Of a stretch of DNA of 64,000 nucleotides, positions 59,038 to 64,000 are shown in pieces (the stretch's first letter is position 1; each line of letters starts with the position of its first letter). This DNA is from the human T2T-CHM13v2.0 reference genome, Homo sapiens. Made by a program: the position numbers and the translations under genes. The notes under the pieces are model-generated. The model did not search any database, was not told the origin of the DNA, and saw only the letters and a list, made by a program, of their open reading frames with translations. The stretch lies in NCBI RefSeq assembly GCF_009914755.1, contig NC_060934.1; one strand, given 5' to 3'.

Positions 59038-59334
59038 GGCTGAGCAGCGTGGCTCACGCCTGTAATCCTAGCACTTTTGAAGTCCCAGGTGGGCAGATGG
59101 TTTGAGCCTAGGAGTTCAAGACCAGCCTGGGCAATATGGAGGAACCCCTTCTCTACTAAAAATCAATATCTTAGCTGGTCATGGTGGTGCACACCTGCAG
59201 TTCCAGTAACTCAGGAGGCTTTGGTGGGAGGATCACTTGACTAGGAGGTTGAGGCTACAGTGAGCCATGATTGTGTCACTGCACTCCAGCCTGGACGACA
59301 GAGCGAAATCCTATCTCAAAAAAAAAAAAAAAAA
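59038..59334 (+). mobile_element. AluJ
   Basis: Forward dimer with A tail. Confidence 0.88.
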
Positions 59335-61421
59335 TTAGAACCATCCAGTCTAAGATGAACAAGCCATTGTCCTGCTATTGTGGGAAAACCTGGAATCAGG
59401 AATCCCAACCCTGAAATCTACCATGTCCTGCCTCTGTCACTTACTGTGTGATCTTGGGACTCACAACCCTAAGGTTCACTTCCTTTGTGTGAAAAATGAG
59501 AACAACTGCAATTGATTGATGTGACTGTTGTGATGATTATCTTAGTATCACTATCACCGCCACCCACTTTATTCTTCCGCGTTTCCTCCTTTTCCTTCTT
59601 TCCTCTCCACTTGTGTCTGGTCCACTGGCCTCCAGAGGCCACAGCCCTCATTGACTTGCCCAGCCCTGATTCTGAGCCCCAGCCCTAAAGAGAGATTATG
59701 CAAACCTCTGCAGAGTTTTCAGAAAAAGCTTACATGCTTCATCAAATTATCTCTGTCAATTTCTTACTACTTGAAATGATTTCTTCAAATTTCCAAGTGC
59801 TTAGATGTCTATGAATATGGAAAATTAAGTTCTCTGTGAAATATAATCAGAAATGCCTTTGGGTTGAGTGGAAGGAATATTGGCGAGGATTCCTCTATGG
59901 ATGGATACTCAGTCCTTTGCAGGGCCCTGCATTTCATTTTTGAGCAGCTCTAGTTATTGAAAAGTGTATACTTTCCTCTTGATTTTTCTTCTGGAACAAC
60001 ACTGGTTGAATCTCTTTCCTTGTTCACTAATAAGCTACAGAAATCAGCAAGTCGTGGGCCTATAAACTTGCTGCATTTAAAGATTTTATATGAGAATACA
60101 TCAAATACAAAATAATGAAACGAATTCCACAGCCACACAACCACCTGAAACCTGGTCTTGTTTCTTGCATTTAGTAGAGGTTGTGTAACTTGGGAGGTTG
60201 ACCTGATTCTTTAGTTAAATGATTTCTGAAGTATGAACATTAAAATTTCAGAATAAGAGATATAACTGGCAGAGAAAATAAGTTATATTTGGCTTTGCCT
60301 GCAATAGTATTTGGATATTGACTCAATAGAGGATGCCCTTAAGAATACTTTGCCAAGAACACATCCAGATTCATCACCTCCCTCCTGAAGAATAAGTGTG
60401 AAGCACAGTGCAAGGAGAGTAGAAACTGGAACCTCTCTGCTGCATCCAGAAAACAGAAAATCAAATATGTCACTTACACAATTTGCCATTTTGGCATCAA
60501 TGCCACCTTTATATTTAAAGAAGAAAAAATGAAATGTGTGCAAAGAAAGGCCCTAATAATAAAGTGGCTAATAAAGGAGAGACCCCAATGTGTTGTACAT
60601 GCAACCTTCTCATTAACTTTGAAAGCAGCACCAACTTTTGCTGAGACCACAACACCCTCTTGCTTTCTTCAGTCCTTTCTCCCAGTGCTGTGGGCCTTTT
60701 TTTGGACATCAGAAACACCTTTTCTCTGAGACAATTTCCAGCATTAACTGAGCAGCCTGGGCTGCAAGCCTGGTGCCCCAACACCGTTTTCATTATTCTC
60801 TTAATGGAATCACACTCTGTTAGAATGTGTCACTCCACATGTGTAAGGATTAAAACGGATGGAATATGGTACAAGAAGGATGCTGGAGATTAAGTGAAAT
60901 CTTAGTGAAGAGTACTTCCTGTACCTTTTTAGGCATCTGAGTATATTCCTTTATTTATGGGCATCCACACTCTCACCCATCAACACCTCTATTATGAATT
61001 ATTGATGGTGAGATCTTGGACAATTACCTAACCTCTCCATGCTTCAATTTCCCTATCAGTAAAAGAGGATGATAATCATATCTACATCATAAGGCTATTA
61101 TGAGGACTGAGTTAATTTAGATTAAGCACTTAGAATAACGCAGACCCTAGTAAGAACTATATATGTTTGCTATTGTTACTACAACAGAGAAGAAAATGTG
61201 GTAGTGTCTGTTTTTCACTTTATTGGCTATTCATGGCTTTGAAAAGTCATAACAATTTATTTTTTTTTTTACCTAACTAAATAAGCAGATTTACTGCCAG
61301 TTATGAACAAGGTCTGCTGCTTTGCACATCATAACAGGCCAGAAAGATTCCAGATTCCATGGGTACCAGGTTCAATTTCTGGGCTCCACGAATTCAGAGC
61401 TCCTGAGTCTTCTTTTTCTGG

Positions 61422-61488
61422 TATGTGTGTATGTGTGTGTGCGTGTGTGTGTGCATGTACATGTGTGTGCATGTGTGTGCGTGCATGC
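61422..61488. repeat. Imperfect (TG)n purine-pyrimidine tract
   Basis: Directly visible. Confidence 0.9.
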
Positions 61489-61896
61489 ACTGAAGAGTGG
61501 CAGAGACAGATCCAGCTGGTCCAGACTGCCCGTTCTTCTGTCATTACTCTACATAGTGAAACCGTGTGATTTCTTTCATCAGGTGCAGCTGGTACCACCT
61601 GGTCTGCCTTTAATGGATGTTCTGCCCAGAAATGATGAAAGGCTTTGGCTCTTACAACTGAGAATAAACCCCCAAATGAGCTGAATGCTCACCATGGAGG
61701 TAGTGGGGGAAGGATGGGGAATTTTAGTTCTTCTCTTTCTTTCAGTGAAGCTTTATAGTTCTCATTGTGTTACTCTTTGCTTAATTCAATGTTTAGGTCC
61801 TCAAACAAATTTTACAAGAGACTTTTCATCAGTCTCGCTGTAATCCTGACCCTCCTTTATGCCTTTGATGACCTTGATTGGATAGTAATGACTCCT

Positions 61897-62251
61897 ATGT
61901 GCGTGTGTGTGTACATGTGTGTATGATGTGTGTGTATGATGTGTCCATATGTGTGTATGATGTGTGTATACGTGTGTGATATGTGTGTATGATGTGTGTA
62001 TGTATGATGTATGTATATGCACGATGTGTGTATATGTATGTGCGTATGATGTGTGTATGATGTGTGTATATGTGCATGTATATGATGTGTGTATGTCTGT
62101 ATGATGTGTGCGTATGATGTATATGATGTGTGTGTATTTTGTGTGTGTATGTGTGTATGATGTATGTGTATACGTGTGTATGATGTGTGTGTATATGTGT
62201 GTATGTGTATGATGTGTGTGTATGTATGATGTGTGTGTATATATGTGTATG

Positions 62252-62292
<41 letters not shown>
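61897..62292. repeat. Compound TG/TATGA low-complexity repeat ending in pure (TG)n
   Basis: Recurring TATGATGTGTG units; source of the His/Thr-rich spurious ORFs. Confidence 0.93.
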
Positions 62293-62293
<1 letters not shown>

Positions 62294-63022
62294 AGGCTGC
62301 TGGTAGTCCTGGCCACCAGTTACATCATCACTGGGATGCTGCAAAGAGTGCAAAATATTAGTGGGAAATGTCATTACCTGATAGATTTTTGAAAACCTAT
62401 CTGCAAGTAAGAGCTTGGGCTATCATTCCTTCTTACTTTTGATTCTAATATAGGGAGCAAGGTTTTCCCAGGCCCAGAGGAAAGAACTCTCTCTCTGTTG
62501 CCTTTTTCCTTTGTCTCTGACATCAGTCCTTCTCCAGGGCTGATGCACAAGGAAGACGAAGCGTAAGCCTACCCATTGTGAGGTGCTCCTGCCCGTGAAG
62601 CCTAAGAAGGCACAAATTCAATGTCTTGCCTAGCCAACAAGGCAGCCTTAAAAAATAGGAATCTACCAATCTTCAACCCATCTCTACCTCACAGGTGCCA
62701 ACATCCCCTTGCTCATCCAGGAGCTAACATCCTCCTTGGGTGTTAGACAGCATCCTTCGTTGTCTAAGATCCTTCCAGTGGTGCCGTACTTAGACCTGCC
62801 TTGCACAGTACCGCTGCACACCCACGACTTTTCTCAGCCCCTACACTGCCTCTTCTCCTCCTTTGTATGCCTCTGACTCCTTCAGCTGCGGCCTTTCTAT
62901 CCTTAGCGTATTTGGATAAGTGAATTCAGTACTGCCTGAAAAGATTTGATGGTGGGATTTCAGACACTGTAGTGAGTTGAAAAAAGCAGACCAATTGTTC
63001 GAAAACCCATAATTTCACCTAG

Positions 63023-63466
<444 letters not shown>

Positions 63467-64000
63467 TAAGTAGCAAGATGAATGTTTTCAGTCCTTAAGT
63501 AAGCCCATGCTACTCCTTTGGCTGTGAAGACTCACAATTTTAGAGTCTGTAAGTCATGTTTGCTCAGGATGAGTGTTACGTACTTAAGATATTATGAACG
63601 TTTCATAACTCTTTTTCTGTATGTCCATCACAGAACTACAGAATCAATAGGTCTGTTTTTATAAGTGAGCTCTGAAGAAAAAATCATATAACATGGAAAA
63701 AATGAAAAAGGAGACCATGATGCTGACTTTTCTAACAAATACTACAAGCTGTAGTTTGGTGTACTTATTTCTCTGCTTTAATAAGATTGTAAGATATAGT
63801 TTTTAAAGGAAAAAATTCACAGAGAGCAGTGAATTTGAAGAAAAAAGTTGGAGGGTGCCCTTTGTTTGCAAAAATACAAATAAGAGCAGTTTCAAAACGG
63901 CTACTTAAGTGCTGTCCATAGTTACAAAGCCCCTGTAGCTGATGAATTTTATCACGTGGAACGACATTTTAGGCCTTCATCAATATTTATCCTCTCTTAT

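Noticed and set aside
61801-62374. His/Thr/Tyr-rich ORFs of 159-171 aa
   Set aside because: Translations of a simple repeat

Overview
Primate genomic DNA, most consistent with human chr10p12. It holds the 5' part of PRTFDC1, the HPRT1 paralogue, on the minus strand. Three coding exons are visible: exon 1 (46785-46832, in a CpG island), exon 2 (36599-36705) and exon 3 (31458-31641). Intron 3 runs off the left edge, and about 17 kb of upstream DNA lies to the right. The rest is repeat-rich: about 30 Alus, L1s of several ages, L2/MIR, MaLR and ERV1 solo LTRs, DNA-transposon MITEs, microsatellites and a 3'-truncated 7SK retrocopy. Nearly all ORFs in the supplied track are repeat-derived noise. 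Three hypotheses stand out. (1) An L1PA element nested in a THE1 LTR in intron 3 keeps an open antisense ORF0 with a strong phase-0 splice donor, which would fuse in frame to downstream PRTFDC1 exons. (2) The sense-oriented 7SK retrocopy carries a newly created AG and a phase-0 75-codon frame, so it could act as an alternative last exon. (3) Exons 2+3 form a 291-nt phase-0/phase-0 cassette that would have no stop codon if circularised. Repeat subfamily names and many repeat boundaries are by-eye recognition and approximate.
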